A stretch of DNA of 56,507 nt from Neolewinella sp. (GTDB lineage: Bacteria; Bacteroidota; Bacteroidia; Chitinophagales; Saprospiraceae), in contig JBLHRW010000001.1 of the NCBI GenBank assembly GCA_047626445.1, positions 1-56,507 on the forward strand, written 5' to 3'. Made by a program: the position numbers and the translations under genes. Below, piece after piece: positions 55,611 through 56,507 of this stretch; position 1 is the first letter of the stretch, and each line of letters opens with the position of its first letter. Below the pieces are notes generated by a model. That model saw only the letters and a program-made list of their open reading frames with translations. It was not told the DNA's origin and searched no databases.

Positions 55611-56354
55611 ATGTACAAAGACAAAAAAGTAGTAGTAGTAATGCCGGCCTACAACGCTGCCCTTACCCTAGAGATGACTTACGCCGAGGTTCCCCGCGAC
55701 CTCGTTGACGAAGTCATCCTCTGCGATGATGCGAGTAAAGACGATACTTCCGCCCTGGCCAAACAGCTGGGCGTAGACCACGTCATCACCCACCCACGCA
55801 ACCGTGGCTATGGTGGAAACCAGAAATCCTTGTACAATAAAGCCCTGGAAATTGGTGCCGACATCGTCATCATGGTCCACCCCGATTATCAGTATACTCC
55901 ACTGCTGATTCCGACGATGTGCAACATCATCGGCGAAGGGCTGTACCCCGTTGTGCTGGCCAGCCGGATACTCGGTAAAGGTGCCCTCAAAGGCGGGATG
56001 CCTTTATACAAATACGTCGCTAACCGGTTCCTGACGGCTACCCAGAACTTCCTGGTCAGCTACAAACTCAGCGAATACCACACCGGCTACCGCGCCTTCA
56101 GCCGGGAAGTGCTGGAGAACATCAACTTCAATGCCAACGACGACGACTTCGTCTTCGATAACGAAATGCTCTCTCAGATCATCTACCACGGTTTCGACAT
56201 CGCTGAGGTGACTTGCCCAACCAAGTACTTCGAAGAAGCCAGCTCCATCAACTTCGCCCGTAGCTCTAAGTATGGACTTGGGGTGCTCCGCGTTAGCATG
56301 ATGCACCGGTTGAATAAATGGGGACTGGCAAAGTCTAAAATTTACCAGAAGTAA
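55611..56354 (+). CDS. Glycosyltransferase family 2 (DPM1-like)
   Basis: VVMPAYN, CDDASKD, GYGGNQK, HPDYQY, EYHTGYRAF. Confidence 0.92.
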   Translation: MYKDKKVVVVMPAYNAALTLEMTYAEVPRDLVDEVILCDDASKDDTSALAKQLGVDHVITHPRNRGYGGNQKSLYNKALEIGADIVIMVHPDYQYTPLLIPTMCNIIGEGLYPVVLASRILGKGALKGGMPLYKYVANRFLTATQNFLVSYKLSEYHTGYRAFSREVLENINFNANDDDFVFDNEMLSQIIYHGFDIAEVTCPTKYFEEASSINFARSSKYGLGVLRVSMMHRLNKWGLAKSKIYQK

Positions 56355-56507
56355 ATTTTAGACAAAAACTCGCTGCGCTCTTTTTTTTGGTAGGCAGCCC
56401 CCGGCTTTGGTCGATTAGCTTCGCTGCTACTATCGTGGTGATAGAAGGTGTACCCGCAACAATGCTCGCTGCGCTCGTTTGGACTTGTCGTTACGTGAAC
56501 GGTCAGT

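Overview
Bacterial chromosome segment from a Bacteroidota genome, probably Saprospiraceae/Lewinellaceae-like. This is inferred from several T9SS C-terminal sorting domains, TAnnTTTG-type promoters and Bacteroidota-typical gene families. Contents in order: a TMTC-like GT-C/TPR gene; an 11-gene kynurenine/3-hydroxyanthranilate catabolic cluster (ten enzymes plus an IclR regulator, 2.9-15.7 kb); a DUF1800/DUF1501 pair; a clipped amidohydrolase pseudogene; a radical SAM/SPASM gene; an inorganic-carbon locus in which a SulP-STAS transporter is fused in one ORF to a DabA (DUF2309) domain, followed by DabB and a DUF2490 barrel; assorted enzymes; a T9SS M43 protease; a six-gene minus-strand module (ECF sigma, anti-sigma, periplasmic sensor, MbnP, MbnH-like diheme enzyme, T9SS YHYH protein) with two matching candidate ECF promoters; mtaB; and two gene remnants flanking a MITE. 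Intergenic DNA is dense with non-autonomous repeats: 159-bp TWA-flanked MITEs, CTAG-flanked MITEs, REP-like doublets and a ~40-bp dispersed motif in about 11 intergenic copies. No transposase, tRNA, rRNA or CRISPR array was seen. The best candidates for undescribed systems are the SulP-DabA fusion and the ECF/MbnPH/YHYH module. All family calls come from motif recognition, not database searches.
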